From NCBI GenBank assembly GCA_043732185.1, contig JAYTHY010000052.1:30828-94827 (forward strand): a DNA stretch of 64,000 nt. Reading direction: 5' to 3'. A program made the position numbers and the translations under genes. Positions 46,894 through 56,807 of this stretch are shown here, piece by piece (position 1 is the stretch's first letter; each line of letters begins with the position of its first letter). The notes under the pieces are model-generated. The model was given only the letters and a program-made list of their open reading frames with translations, had not been told where the DNA came from and searched no databases. Origin of the DNA: Fibrobacteria bacterium (GTDB taxonomy: Bacteria > Fibrobacterota > Fibrobacteria > UBA11236).

Positions 46894-48219
46894 ATGATGG
46901 ACACCGTTTGGAAGAAGTTTTCCGCACAGCGGCCAAAGGGCAAGAAGCTCTACGTTTTCATTGGGATTTTATCTGGGTCGATTTGGATCCTGTCCTTAGT
47001 CGCTGTCCTCGCGCTTAAGGACAAAGGCGTCGCCAAGGCATTGGTGGCAGTAGCAGGTGCAAAATCTGACACGCTGAATATTCATGGCCTAAATGTTAAG
47101 GTTAAGGTTGATGATGGAGAAGCGAGTGAAGCAGTTCCCGAGCACCCTGGTCAAGATCAAGCCCATCATGAAAAGGAGCAAAGTGAGGCCACCGCAACTC
47201 TGACTGTGGACGTGCCTACGCGTGCGGAATGGGAAGCGCTTAAAGAATTAGCGGAATTGCATGCCAAAGCCGGTGACCTGGAACAATCCGTGCAACCCTT
47301 GGAGCGCATTTTAGTAATGCCTACACGGGATGCAGACTTGCTCACGCTGGCCACTAAGGTTTTTCTTGGGACGGGTCATTACCGGGAAGCCTTGCAAACG
47401 GCTGAACAGGCCATTGTGATTCGCCCTCAGGACTTGGCTTTGAAAGCGCAGGCCATTGAAGCCACCTATCGGTTAGGTAAAGTAGAGAAGGCCTACACAA
47501 CCGGCCAATCCGAAGTTGCAGCACATCCAAACGATTTGACCTTGCTTGTTCAACTAGCGACCATGGAAGTGGAAATTGGACCCGCGCAACCCGATTACGG
47601 CAAATCCCTACAGGCTGCTCTAAAATTGGACCCCAACTATGAACCGGCCCTTTATTTACTGGGTCGGAAGTGTCAACTGGAGGGCAATTATAAGGACGCG
47701 GAAAATGCCTTTCAAGCGGTTCTTAAGTTGAATCCCGCCAACAGCAAGGCTCATGGGCAATTAGGTATTGCCCTGTATCATCAAAAAAAATTACCGGAAG
47801 CTCAAAGCGCATTCGAAACGGAATTGGCATTGGCACCAAGTGATTACAACACTTGGTTCAATTTGGGTGAGCTGCATCTGACTAAAGCTGGCATGGAAAT
47901 CGATCCGGAAAAAATCAAACCACAGCGGGAAATGGCTATGAATTGTTTCCTAAAGGCGCTGGAGTTCAACGCAAACCATGCTCAAGCTGCATTTAGAGTC
48001 GGCGTGTTGTTGAATGGCAATGGGCAATATAAAGAGGCTATCCATTATTTGGAATCGTCGCTACAACTCGACGCGCGTTACGTTCCCACTTTGGTTCAAC
48101 TCGCCTTATCCTATGAATACCTTAAACGTCCCGAACGTGCCAAACACTACCTGACTCTGGCCAATGAGCTGGATCCCCTCAACAAGGTTGTTCTTTTCAA
48201 GCTCAAGCAATGGTCGTGA
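46894..48219 (+). CDS. Membrane-anchored TPR-repeat protein
   Basis: N-terminal TM helix; several TPR units (ALKLDPNYEPALYLLG, VLKLNPANSKAHGQLG, LAPSDYNTWFNLG). Confidence 0.88.
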   Translation: MMDTVWKKFSAQRPKGKKLYVFIGILSGSIWILSLVAVLALKDKGVAKALVAVAGAKSDTLNIHGLNVKVKVDDGEASEAVPEHPGQDQAHHEKEQSEATATLTVDVPTRAEWEALKELAELHAKAGDLEQSVQPLERILVMPTRDADLLTLATKVFLGTGHYREALQTAEQAIVIRPQDLALKAQAIEATYRLGKVEKAYTTGQSEVAAHPNDLTLLVQLATMEVEIGPAQPDYGKSLQAALKLDPNYEPALYLLGRKCQLEGNYKDAENAFQAVLKLNPANSKAHGQLGIALYHQKKLPEAQSAFETELALAPSDYNTWFNLGELHLTKAGMEIDPEKIKPQREMAMNCFLKALEFNANHAQAAFRVGVLLNGNGQYKEAIHYLESSLQLDARYVPTLVQLALSYEYLKRPERAKHYLTLANELDPLNKVVLFKLKQWS

Positions 48220-48261
48220 GTTAAAAGTCCCTCCAGACACGCAAAAAGTTGCAATCGGCTC

Positions 48262-48290
48262 TTGCTTGGGTATATCTAAAGTGTTATTAT
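48262..48290 (+). promoter_or_regulatory. Sigma70-type promoter for the HU/IHF gene
   Basis: TTGCTT-N17-TATTAT. Confidence 0.6.
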
Positions 48291-48320
48291 GCCTAATGTT
48301 ACGGCTGATCTGGGAGGCAT

Positions 48321-48644
48321 ATGGGGAACGTCACCAAAAAGGACATTGTGGATGAAATCGCATCCCGCACAGGACTTACCCAGGTGGATACCAAAATCAT
48401 CGTCGAATGCTTTTTGGATGCCATCGCCAAATCTCTTGTCCAAGGCAAGAATATTGAAATCCGTGGATTCGGCCGATTCAAGGTAAAGGAAAAAAAGGCC
48501 CGCACCGCCCGCAATCCTCGCACAGGTGAAATGGTGCAAATCGATGCTGGACTGAAGCCCATCTTTGAAGCCAGCAAAGAGCTAAAAACCATACTGAATC
48601 AGGACGAAACCGAACCTTCCAAGCCAGCAAATAAAAAATCCTGA
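48321..48644 (+). CDS. HU/IHF family DNA-binding protein
   Basis: TKKDIVDEIA, IEIRGFGRF, ARNPRTGE, FEASKELK. Confidence 0.95.
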   Translation: MGNVTKKDIVDEIASRTGLTQVDTKIIVECFLDAIAKSLVQGKNIEIRGFGRFKVKEKKARTARNPRTGEMVQIDAGLKPIFEASKELKTILNQDETEPSKPANKKS

Positions 48645-48695
48645 TATTTAAATTCGATTTTTAACCCCCACCCCGACTCTTACTAAATTAACCGC

Positions 48696-49160
48696 ATGAC
48701 GACTCATGCCCCGGTAATCCAGAACCGCAGCGCCCGCCATCATTATCATGTGATGGACACCTATGAAGTGGGCATTATGCTGAAAGGCACGGAAATCAAA
48801 TCCGTGCGTGCCGGCAAGCTGGAATTGGCTGAAGCTTTTGTGATTGTGCGCAAGAATGAGCTTTGGCTGGTGAATGCGTATATCAATGAATACACTCAGG
48901 GAAATATTTACAATCACCTCCCCCGCCGCGAACGAAAACTGCTCGCCCACAAACGCGAAATCGTAAAAATTGAAGAGCTGATTTCCCTCAAAGGATTGAC
49001 CATCATTCCCCTCAAAGCCTATTTCAAAGGCAGCGTGCTGAAATTGGAAATTGCGATTTGCAAAGGCAAGGAAGCCAGGGACAAACGGCAGGACAAAGCG
49101 AAACAGGAGAGCAAACGCGATATGGACCGGGCGATGAGGGATGCCAATCGGAGCGGATGA
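48696..49160 (+). CDS. smpB: SsrA-binding protein
   Basis: NRSARHHY, GIMLKGTEIKS, RKLLAHK, KGK..DKR. Confidence 0.97.
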   Translation: MTTHAPVIQNRSARHHYHVMDTYEVGIMLKGTEIKSVRAGKLELAEAFVIVRKNELWLVNAYINEYTQGNIYNHLPRRERKLLAHKREIVKIEELISLKGLTIIPLKAYFKGSVLKLEIAICKGKEARDKRQDKAKQESKRDMDRAMRDANRSG

Positions 49161-49164
49161 TTTC

Positions 49165-50712
49165 ATGATCGCGAAGTATTTACAATCCCTAGTTCTAGCC
49201 CTTTTCCTATGTGCCGGATTATGTGTTCCGGCCTACAGTTCACTGACATTAAAAGCGGCCGAACCCAAGCAAGGAAGGTGGACTGGCGGTTCCTTTCCGG
49301 ATACCACTTTCGAGGGTATTCGGTACGTATCCTCACAATTTTTGGAAAACGTGTTCGGCAAAGAAGGCGTTTGGGTGCCCGATCGCCAGAAATTTGTTCT
49401 GCCCGATTCCGCCGGAAAAAAATGGTATTTCACTTTAGACAATCCCTATATAAGCATTGGGGATGAAGTGTTTAATCTGGGTTTTCCAGTTAGGCGCGGT
49501 GCAGAATTTTTATACCTGCCCTTACCCTCACTCATTCGGATTTTGAACCAACGCGGCATTACCGTTGAGATTTCGGAGCGAGAATTAACTGAAGATGATA
49601 AACCCGCATTGCCAGCACATTCCAATGAATCCCTTCCTGGCCGGGCAAATATTCTCGACCTCGGTGTGGAAGAACGCGACAACGGAACGTTAGTGAGTGT
49701 CCGCACTGCCGGGAAATTGGATTTGGAATCCCTTTGGGTCCCGCCGCATTATATCCTCAAGTTTCAAGGTGGGCAGCTTTCCCCACAGATTCGCCATAAG
49801 ATGCAAGGCCAGGGTCTGGTCCAAAACATTCAAATTTTTCAAGAAAAGGATTTGGTGCAGGTCACTTTATATATTCCCAAAGCCATCGATACCGTTGAAA
49901 TGGCTTATGTGCCTGAATCATTGGGTTACCAAATACTTGTCCATAAAAAAGGCAGTCGACCCAATCCAGTTTTAGTGCCTTCCAAGGAGGCATCAAAAAA
50001 AGAGGTCGAGAAATCTTTTGGTACTATCATCATTGATCCGGGACACGGAGGAAAGGATCAAGGCGCCCAAGTTGCCGGAGTGAATGAAGCGCCCGTGACC
50101 TTAGCGGTAGCCAAAGAATTAAAAACAGCCTTGTCCAAAATGGGATTTAAAGCGTTGCTTACCCGCGAAGACGATCGATTTGTGGAACTGAAAGATCGCC
50201 CTAAATTTGCTTCCGACCAAGGCGGCGATCTTTTCATCAGCCTACATTGCAACTCCATTGGAGGTTCGCCTAAACGCAAGAAGACGATTTCTGGTTTTAC
50301 CGCATATATTCTCAGAGAGGGCGAAAGCGAAGAAGATAAGACTCTGGCACGCCGGGAAAATCAAGCTATTAGCGAAGGCAGTGGCAAAAACAATAAAACT
50401 GAAATTTCACCCGTTGAATGGATTCTCCTAGAGCATCAGTTAAACCTCTACAGCAAGCAAAGCGAAGCTTTTGTCGACATGATTGTCCATGCTTTTGACG
50501 GCAATCCCATTGAGAAATATGCCACCGGAGCCGGACAAGCTGGATTCTATGTATTGGTGGGTGCCTATATGCCGGCGGTGCTTTTCGAAATGGGCTTTCT
50601 TACCCATGATGAAGACAGGCGCATTTTGTCCTCAGAAAAAGGACAGAAACAAATTGCGGAAAAACTGGCAAAAGCCATTCAAAAATACCGTCAAAGTCTG
50701 AGCAAAAAGTAG
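49165..50712 (+). CDS. N-acetylmuramoyl-L-alanine amidase (Amidase_3)
   Basis: Signal peptide; IIIDPGHGGKD, LTREDD, FISLHCN, PAVLFEMGF. Confidence 0.92.
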   Translation: MIAKYLQSLVLALFLCAGLCVPAYSSLTLKAAEPKQGRWTGGSFPDTTFEGIRYVSSQFLENVFGKEGVWVPDRQKFVLPDSAGKKWYFTLDNPYISIGDEVFNLGFPVRRGAEFLYLPLPSLIRILNQRGITVEISERELTEDDKPALPAHSNESLPGRANILDLGVEERDNGTLVSVRTAGKLDLESLWVPPHYILKFQGGQLSPQIRHKMQGQGLVQNIQIFQEKDLVQVTLYIPKAIDTVEMAYVPESLGYQILVHKKGSRPNPVLVPSKEASKKEVEKSFGTIIIDPGHGGKDQGAQVAGVNEAPVTLAVAKELKTALSKMGFKALLTREDDRFVELKDRPKFASDQGGDLFISLHCNSIGGSPKRKKTISGFTAYILREGESEEDKTLARRENQAISEGSGKNNKTEISPVEWILLEHQLNLYSKQSEAFVDMIVHAFDGNPIEKYATGAGQAGFYVLVGAYMPAVLFEMGFLTHDEDRRILSSEKGQKQIAEKLAKAIQKYRQSLSKK

Positions 50713-50734
50713 CCGATTGGCAAAAAATAGGTGT

Positions 50735-50762
50735 TTGTCACACCGGTAGTTCGTGCTATCTT
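50735..50762 (+). promoter_or_regulatory. Promoter for yebC-ruvCAB
   Basis: TTGTCA-N16-TATCTT with extended -10 TGn. Confidence 0.5.
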
Positions 50763-50789
50763 TTAGTCCATTCAAAGGGAGTTTAACCT

Positions 50790-51533
50790 ATGTCCGGCCA
50801 TTCAAAATGGGCAACCACCAAACGCAAAAAAGCCCGCATTGACGGGGCCAGAGCTAAAGTTTTTAATCGACTACTGCGGGAAATCACGGTTGCCGCCCGC
50901 ATGGGAGGTTCGGATCAGGACGGCAATCCCCGCCTTCGATCCGCTGTGCTCAAAGCCAAAGCCTCCAACATGCCAGCCAAAAACATTGACACCGCCATTG
51001 CCAAAGGTGCCGGTGAACTAGAAGGCGTTCATTATTCGGAAATCACCTATGAAGGCTATGGACCTGCGGGAACCGCTATCATGATCGATACCATGACCGA
51101 CAATAAAGTGCGCACGGTTGCGGAAATCCGGAACATATTCACTAAAGCCGGTTGCCACATGGGTGCGGAAGGATCCGTATCGTGGCTGTTCAAATCAAAA
51201 GGCATCATTACTTTGACCAAAGACGCCATCGATGAGGACACGTTGTTCGAAATTGCCACGGAAGCGGGTGCCGATGATTTGGACACGTCCGGCAGTGAAT
51301 ATGAAATCAAGATGGATCCCAACCATTTTCATGCCGTACTGGAAGCCTTACAAAGAAAAAATCTGACCCCACTGACCTCAGAAGTCGTCAAGGTCGCTGA
51401 TAATATGGTGAAAGTGGTCGGCAAGGATGTGGAAAAAGTCTTGCACCTTTTAGAAGCATTGGATGATCAGGACGATGTCCAAAATGTGCATACCAATGGC
51501 GACCTTGATCCAGAGGAAATGGAAAACTTGTGA
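50790..51533 (+). CDS. yebC: YebC/PmpR family protein
   Basis: MSGHSKW, NPRLR, YEGYGP, TDNKVRT, DDVQNV. Confidence 0.96.
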   Translation: MSGHSKWATTKRKKARIDGARAKVFNRLLREITVAARMGGSDQDGNPRLRSAVLKAKASNMPAKNIDTAIAKGAGELEGVHYSEITYEGYGPAGTAIMIDTMTDNKVRTVAEIRNIFTKAGCHMGAEGSVSWLFKSKGIITLTKDAIDEDTLFEIATEAGADDLDTSGSEYEIKMDPNHFHAVLEALQRKNLTPLTSEVVKVADNMVKVVGKDVEKVLHLLEALDDQDDVQNVHTNGDLDPEEMENL

Positions 51534-52009
51534 TTGTTCTGGGGGTCGACCCCGGTACACATAGGACTGGTTACGCCTTTCTAGAAAATCGCGACAGCCG
51601 AATCCGGGTGCTTGAATATGGAATCATCCGTTGTAAAGCAAAGGATGAGCTGCCGATAAGGCTTGAGCAAATCCACCGGGAATTGCAGGCTTTGATGCAA
51701 GTCTATCACCCCACCCATCTGGCTCTCGAGAGCATTTTTTTCGCCAAGTTTCCAAGAGCGGCCTTGATTCTGGGTCATGCCAGAGGGGCTATCATGGTGG
51801 CCGCGCAAGCATTGGGCATTCCTGTGGCCGAGTATGCGCCAAGATTGGTAAAGCAGGCTGCAACCGGCAAAGGCGGAGCTTCTAAAGAACAGGTGGCCAC
51901 TCTGATTCAAAGCCATCTCGGCCTGAAAAAACCTCCCACACCTGCCGATGCCGCAGATGCGTTGGCGATCGCCTTCTGTCACTTGATTCAGTCGCAACGA
52001 CGGATTTAA
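51530..52009 (+). CDS. ruvC: Holliday junction resolvase
   Basis: LGVDPG, ALESIF, GHARG, ASKEQV, DAADALAIA. Confidence 0.96.
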   Translation: MIVLGVDPGTHRTGYAFLENRDSRIRVLEYGIIRCKAKDELPIRLEQIHRELQALMQVYHPTHLALESIFFAKFPRAALILGHARGAIMVAAQALGIPVAEYAPRLVKQAATGKGGASKEQVATLIQSHLGLKKPPTPADAADALAIAFCHLIQSQRRI

Positions 52010-52075
52010 AAACAAAAAGTACTGAACAAACGGGCCCCCAAACCGTTCCCCTCTTGTTAACTTTTGGATCAAACC

Positions 52076-52675
52076 ATGATTGAATTTCTCCGTGGCCGCT
52101 TGGCCCAAACCCATCCAACGCGCCTTGTCATCGATGTGGGTGGAGTAGGATTCGGCGTCGACGTTTCTTTGCGAACGGCCGAACTCTTTGTGAAAGTTGG
52201 TGAGCCAATCGAAATCATCACCTATTTGCATGTCAAAGAGGAGAGTCTGGAGCTCTATGGCTTTCAGAATGCTGTGGAAAAGATGATTTTCCTTAAACTA
52301 CTGGGTGTCAGCGGGATTGGGCCCAGATTGGCTTTACGCATCCTTTCTGCCGTACAGCCGCATCAACTTGCCCAGATGATAGTCAGCGGTGACATCCGCG
52401 CCTTAACGGGTCTAAAAGGCGTTGGCAAAAAAACGGCCGAAGTGATGGTGGCGTCCCTACGCGCTTCACTCGGCAAGCTCGATTTATCGGGTTCAGAAGG
52501 TGGTTCGCCTCACCTGGATGCAGGCGGGGAAGCTTCCCGAGATGCTGTGCTGGCCTTGATCACTTTGGGCGTCAAAGATATGGCCGCGCAGTCCGCGGTG
52601 CAAAAGGCTTTGGCTAGGCTGGGCGAAAAAGCCAATACCAGCCAGTTGATTACCCAGGCGTTACAGGAAGTCTAG
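52076..52675 (+). CDS. ruvA: Holliday junction branch migration protein
   Basis: MIEFLRG, LYGF, VSGIGP, KGVGKKTA. Confidence 0.95.
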   Translation: MIEFLRGRLAQTHPTRLVIDVGGVGFGVDVSLRTAELFVKVGEPIEIITYLHVKEESLELYGFQNAVEKMIFLKLLGVSGIGPRLALRILSAVQPHQLAQMIVSGDIRALTGLKGVGKKTAEVMVASLRASLGKLDLSGSEGGSPHLDAGGEASRDAVLALITLGVKDMAAQSAVQKALARLGEKANTSQLITQALQEV

Positions 52676-52684
52676 GTAGCTACC

Positions 52685-53710
52685 ATGACTGAACGCATCA
52701 TCGCTCCGGAACAATTCGGCGACGACCTCGACCAAGATATTTCTCTCCGCCCTGCGACTTTGTCCGATTTTGTCGGTCAGGAAAAACTCAAGGAAAGTTT
52801 ATCCATTTTTTTGCAAGCGGCGCGTGAACGCCAGGAACCGATAGACCATATCCTGTTTGCAGGCCCGCCCGGACTGGGTAAAACCACTTTGGCGCATATC
52901 ATAGCCAAGGAAATGGGCGCCAATTTAAAAATCACTTCTGGGCCTGCACTGGACAAACCCTCAGAACTGGCCGGACTGCTGACGAACTTGGAAACCAATG
53001 ATATTCTATTTATCGATGAAATCCATCGCATCAGCCGGGTGATCGAGGAATTCTTATACCCAGCCATGGAAGATTTTAAAATCGATATCATGCTTGAATC
53101 TGGGCCTTCAGCCAAATGCATCAACTTGCCGCTTAAGCGATTTACGCTAATCGGGGCTACCACACGAACGGGCATGTTAACCTCTCCCCTACGCGATCGA
53201 TTTGGACTGACCTATCGACTGGAAATGTATTCCGAAGCGGAAATGAAAAAAATCCTGCTTCGATCAGCGCGGATTCTAAAAGTAGATTTGTCGACGGAGG
53301 GCACCGATTTGCTTGCTGCCCGCTGCCGAGGCACGCCGCGCATTGGCAATAGGGTGTTGCGTCGTTGCCGCGATGTGGCCCAAGTCAAGGGAATCGGAAA
53401 AATCGACGCGAAAATCGTGGATAAAACTTTGAGCATGTTGGGTATCGATGCAGCAGGTTTGGATGAAATGGACCGAACCATTCTCAAAACCATTATCGAT
53501 AAATTCGATGGGGGCCCAGTAGGACTATCCACGCTGGGTGCTTCCATTGGAGAGGAAATGGAAACCCTGGAAGAGGTATACGAACCTTTTCTGATCCAAA
53601 GCGGTTTTCTAAAACGAACACCCCGCGGACGACAAGCGACCGCTGGCGCCTACCGACACTTGGGATTGATTCCGCCGGTGATTTCACCGGGGCAAGAATC
53701 CTTGCTATAG
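52685..53710 (+). CDS. ruvB: Holliday junction branch migration ATPase
   Basis: LRP..FVGQ, GPPGLGKTT, FIDEIHR, PLRDRFG, RGTPR, GGPVGL, EPFL. Confidence 0.98.
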   Translation: MTERIIAPEQFGDDLDQDISLRPATLSDFVGQEKLKESLSIFLQAARERQEPIDHILFAGPPGLGKTTLAHIIAKEMGANLKITSGPALDKPSELAGLLTNLETNDILFIDEIHRISRVIEEFLYPAMEDFKIDIMLESGPSAKCINLPLKRFTLIGATTRTGMLTSPLRDRFGLTYRLEMYSEAEMKKILLRSARILKVDLSTEGTDLLAARCRGTPRIGNRVLRRCRDVAQVKGIGKIDAKIVDKTLSMLGIDAAGLDEMDRTILKTIIDKFDGGPVGLSTLGASIGEEMETLEEVYEPFLIQSGFLKRTPRGRQATAGAYRHLGLIPPVISPGQESLL

Positions 53711-53792
53711 TGTCTTCCGTCTAAAAAAGCTTTCTCGTTTCAAATCAGACTGGTTTCCGGGCCAGTACCCGGGCTGATTTTCCGGCTGGTTT

Positions 53793-56675
53793 CTATTGGC
53801 CGAGCCAAATCTTTGTCTTCCAGGTAGCATCATGCATTTTTACGATGGCCAGGTACACGCCTTTTTGCAGCACCGTTTGGCTCGCGGAAAAGCCATAATC
53901 CCAAGTAGTCTTATTCGATTTCCCTGCACCGGCTACCGATTTTGGGTAGAGTGCAATCGTTTTGCCGGACAAATCTTGCAATGTGACGGTGATCGGCGAC
54001 TTGCCTTCGTTAGGTAGAATCAATCGCAAGCCCCCATCGATTTCTTGCAATTTAAAGGCCTGCACGTCATTATGCATCGCCACCGAATGCTTCACATTGC
54101 TGGGTGTGCCCGTATAGACGGTAAAAATATCCCCTGCCGACAAGGTAATTGGAGTTGCAAAAGCCAAGTGAATATTCCCGTCCGTGGTGCCAAATGTAAC
54201 TGTGGGGCTTAAAGTTACCCCATTGTTTTTAACCACTACGTTTTTTGGTGCTGCGAGGGAATCCAGGTAGAAGTCCAATTGTTTTAAGGTAAGCTTCCCG
54301 GATTTCACCGCAATCGTGTCCATCTGGTTCATAGCAGTTCTGGCTTGTGAAAAAAGACCATATCCTTCCGAGCCCATGAAAAAGGAAACATGATTGTCCG
54401 GCTTGAAAACAGGGTGAAAGGCAATGGCATTAGCAGGTCCATCATAGGCATATCCTTGCGTAGCCGGGATTGCGGACCAGGCGGCCAAGGCGCGGAAGTA
54501 ATAGGATCCCCATTCCACTTCGCGAAAAGGGTCACCACCCGGCCAATCCCATTCCGGTCTTACGACGCCATTGTAACGGTCACGCACCGCTTTAAAAACT
54601 GTAAATCCTTCAGTAAGCAATCCGGTTTGCATCATCGCTACAGCAGCCCCATATTCAAATCCAGTCATGGATTCGGCATAATAGCCCAATGGATTTGGAG
54701 GTTTAGTCGAACCCGTTGGCCAGGTACACATGACTAAACCCGCATCATTTGGAGAAACGAAATGACGTTGGCCTTGGAAATTATAGCCCACAAAACTGGT
54801 CTGGAAATTGTTGGTGTACAACTTTTGTAGAGCGGATCGAATATGTGCCTTTGGATACAACTCTCCCAGCCCCAATAAATTCGACCAATACTGTCCAAGC
54901 AGTTGATCGATTTCACTGCCATTGCCGTAAGCTTGATCCGTTCCTGGCTTGTCCGGAATCTGAATAAAATATCCCAATTGCGTATTGAACAACGCTAGAT
55001 CCTGCAGAGACTTTCCTCTGGTACGAATTTGGGCGCAGCGTGCAGCCATAGCAGCGTCGCCTTGGAGAGTTGCCATTTTTTCAGTCGCCGCCAGTGCCGC
55101 TAAATAAAGTGAACCAATCCAGGTATTATTTCCATTAATATTTCCATCCAAGGTATTCCACTGAGAACCCGAAAGTACGCCATCTTCGTTTAAATCCCAG
55201 GTCGTTATGGAATATTCCATAGCCTTTTTGGCTTTGGGCCACATTTGGCTCAGCCACGTGCCATCAACATTATGCAAATGCTCACGATAAATACTGAGAA
55301 TTTCCGCGAACTGTCCGTCAGTGGCTGGGTGCGATTCCCAAATCCGGAAATTGATGGCACCGGTCGTTTTGTACTGGTTATTGAATACGCCTTCCCGGAT
55401 GGTCCGTGCTAAATCCGGAAATAGATAAGCATGGCCCTGCGCGTAATGAACGACGTGGGTGCAATTTCCGTCCTGATGTCCGTCTGTGCGCCATCCTTCA
55501 TTGACGCCCAAAAATCCGTCTTTGTTCCAGAAAACGGTGGGGGAACGCATAATCGCAAAATTGTTTGCCGCGCCATCAAGCATCCAATACGGAAGATTGG
55601 AGGAATAAAAAGTTTTATTGAAGAGTTTTGTTTTTGCGGTAAAGTCCAAAAGATTTGCATTGCAATAATTCGCAACATCCAAGGCACTGCTCCACCACGT
55701 AGAATATTTCGGTCCCACTGGATTCGGGCTCCAATTCATGCGGCGATTGGGAAAATACCAGGTTAGAACATAAGTCAATGTTGTCTTTTGACCTGGAGCC
55801 AACGTGGCTTCACTTGATAGCGCACCTTGCAAAGTCTGACCCGCTGTTGAGGGGCCAACACTATCTGCGCCCGCTAGGGTCCCATTGGCGGTAAAGTCCG
55901 CCAGCAGTGCATCCTGCGTGGACCAGGAAGCCGTAGCCGATGCCGTGCTTTGCTGAAACGCCATAAGGGCCATATTCCCAAAGTAATGTTCGGTGGTGGG
56001 AATTTGCGAGCGCATGGAAAGTATTGTCGATCCATTGGTGCGCAGAACGCTATTGATATTAGCGCCATAACCGCTCAGCACTCCTGTGCCGATGGGATTC
56101 ATTTGCGTGCCCAGCAAATTGACCTTTACGGTTTGCGCGCTGGTATTTTCCACAGTATAGCTATAGACCGCACATGGAATTGCAGAGTTTTTAGCATCCA
56201 AGGGAATAAGGGGATTGAAAACTTCCAGCGACACTTTCACGGGCAAAGCCGGTTCAACGAAATCGTACCATCCAAACGGATACTCACCCTTAAAAGTCAG
56301 GTCCGTCATTTTTGACCAATTTCCCTGGTTAACTGTTTGCAATGCCCTTACGACAGCTGGTGCCGTGCCAACTTGTGTACGAATGGCAAAAAAGCTATTC
56401 GGCATCGTTTTCATAGGGTTTATTTCCCATTCGCCCCAAATCCACCAACTATTGTCACGAGTAGCATTTCCGTTCATGCGTATCGTGCCCGCGCCGATGC
56501 CGCCCACTGGAATTTGAATGGCCCCCAATGCAGTTCCCGAATAAATATGGGGAGTACCATGATCAAATAGTGCTTGGGCAAAACCCTGGTGACAGGTTAA
56601 ATAGCCAAGCAAGAGGGCGGAGGAAAAAAGCCGAAATTGGCGAAATTTGGTGGAAAACGAGGTAAGTTTTATCAT
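53793..56675 (-). CDS. Secreted GH116 family glycoside hydrolase with a T9SS-like C-terminal sorting domain
   Basis: Signal peptide; PVGGIGAG, GEYPF, NEG..GNCTHV, WNTLDG, DQLLGQY, ESMTGFEY; tail QDLSGKTIA...LQKGVYLAIVK. Confidence 0.85.
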   Translation of the reverse strand: MIKLTSFSTKFRQFRLFSSALLLGYLTCHQGFAQALFDHGTPHIYSGTALGAIQIPVGGIGAGTIRMNGNATRDNSWWIWGEWEINPMKTMPNSFFAIRTQVGTAPAVVRALQTVNQGNWSKMTDLTFKGEYPFGWYDFVEPALPVKVSLEVFNPLIPLDAKNSAIPCAVYSYTVENTSAQTVKVNLLGTQMNPIGTGVLSGYGANINSVLRTNGSTILSMRSQIPTTEHYFGNMALMAFQQSTASATASWSTQDALLADFTANGTLAGADSVGPSTAGQTLQGALSSEATLAPGQKTTLTYVLTWYFPNRRMNWSPNPVGPKYSTWWSSALDVANYCNANLLDFTAKTKLFNKTFYSSNLPYWMLDGAANNFAIMRSPTVFWNKDGFLGVNEGWRTDGHQDGNCTHVVHYAQGHAYLFPDLARTIREGVFNNQYKTTGAINFRIWESHPATDGQFAEILSIYREHLHNVDGTWLSQMWPKAKKAMEYSITTWDLNEDGVLSGSQWNTLDGNINGNNTWIGSLYLAALAATEKMATLQGDAAMAARCAQIRTRGKSLQDLALFNTQLGYFIQIPDKPGTDQAYGNGSEIDQLLGQYWSNLLGLGELYPKAHIRSALQKLYTNNFQTSFVGYNFQGQRHFVSPNDAGLVMCTWPTGSTKPPNPLGYYAESMTGFEYGAAVAMMQTGLLTEGFTVFKAVRDRYNGVVRPEWDWPGGDPFREVEWGSYYFRALAAWSAIPATQGYAYDGPANAIAFHPVFKPDNHVSFFMGSEGYGLFSQARTAMNQMDTIAVKSGKLTLKQLDFYLDSLAAPKNVVVKNNGVTLSPTVTFGTTDGNIHLAFATPITLSAGDIFTVYTGTPSNVKHSVAMHNDVQAFKLQEIDGGLRLILPNEGKSPITVTLQDLSGKTIALYPKSVAGAGKSNKTTWDYGFSASQTVLQKGVYLAIVKMHDATWKTKIWLGQ

Positions 56676-56807
56676 AGTAAGAATAGTACTCGGCCTTCCT
56701 ATAAAATGGTTGCTATCGTCTAATAAAGTGTTCCGAACGCACGGAACGGGCCCGATTCCAAGGAAATGTTTGTGCTAGCACACCCAGGCATTCTGGAAGA
56801 CGCCGGG

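Noticed and set aside
48645..49165. tmRNA (ssrA) near smpB
   Set aside because: Intergenic gaps on both sides are far too short and no tRNA-like ends are seen
53740..53790. Hairpin between convergent ruvB and GH116 (AAATCAG...CTGATTT)
   Set aside because: Irregular stem and weak U-tract; not enough to call a terminator
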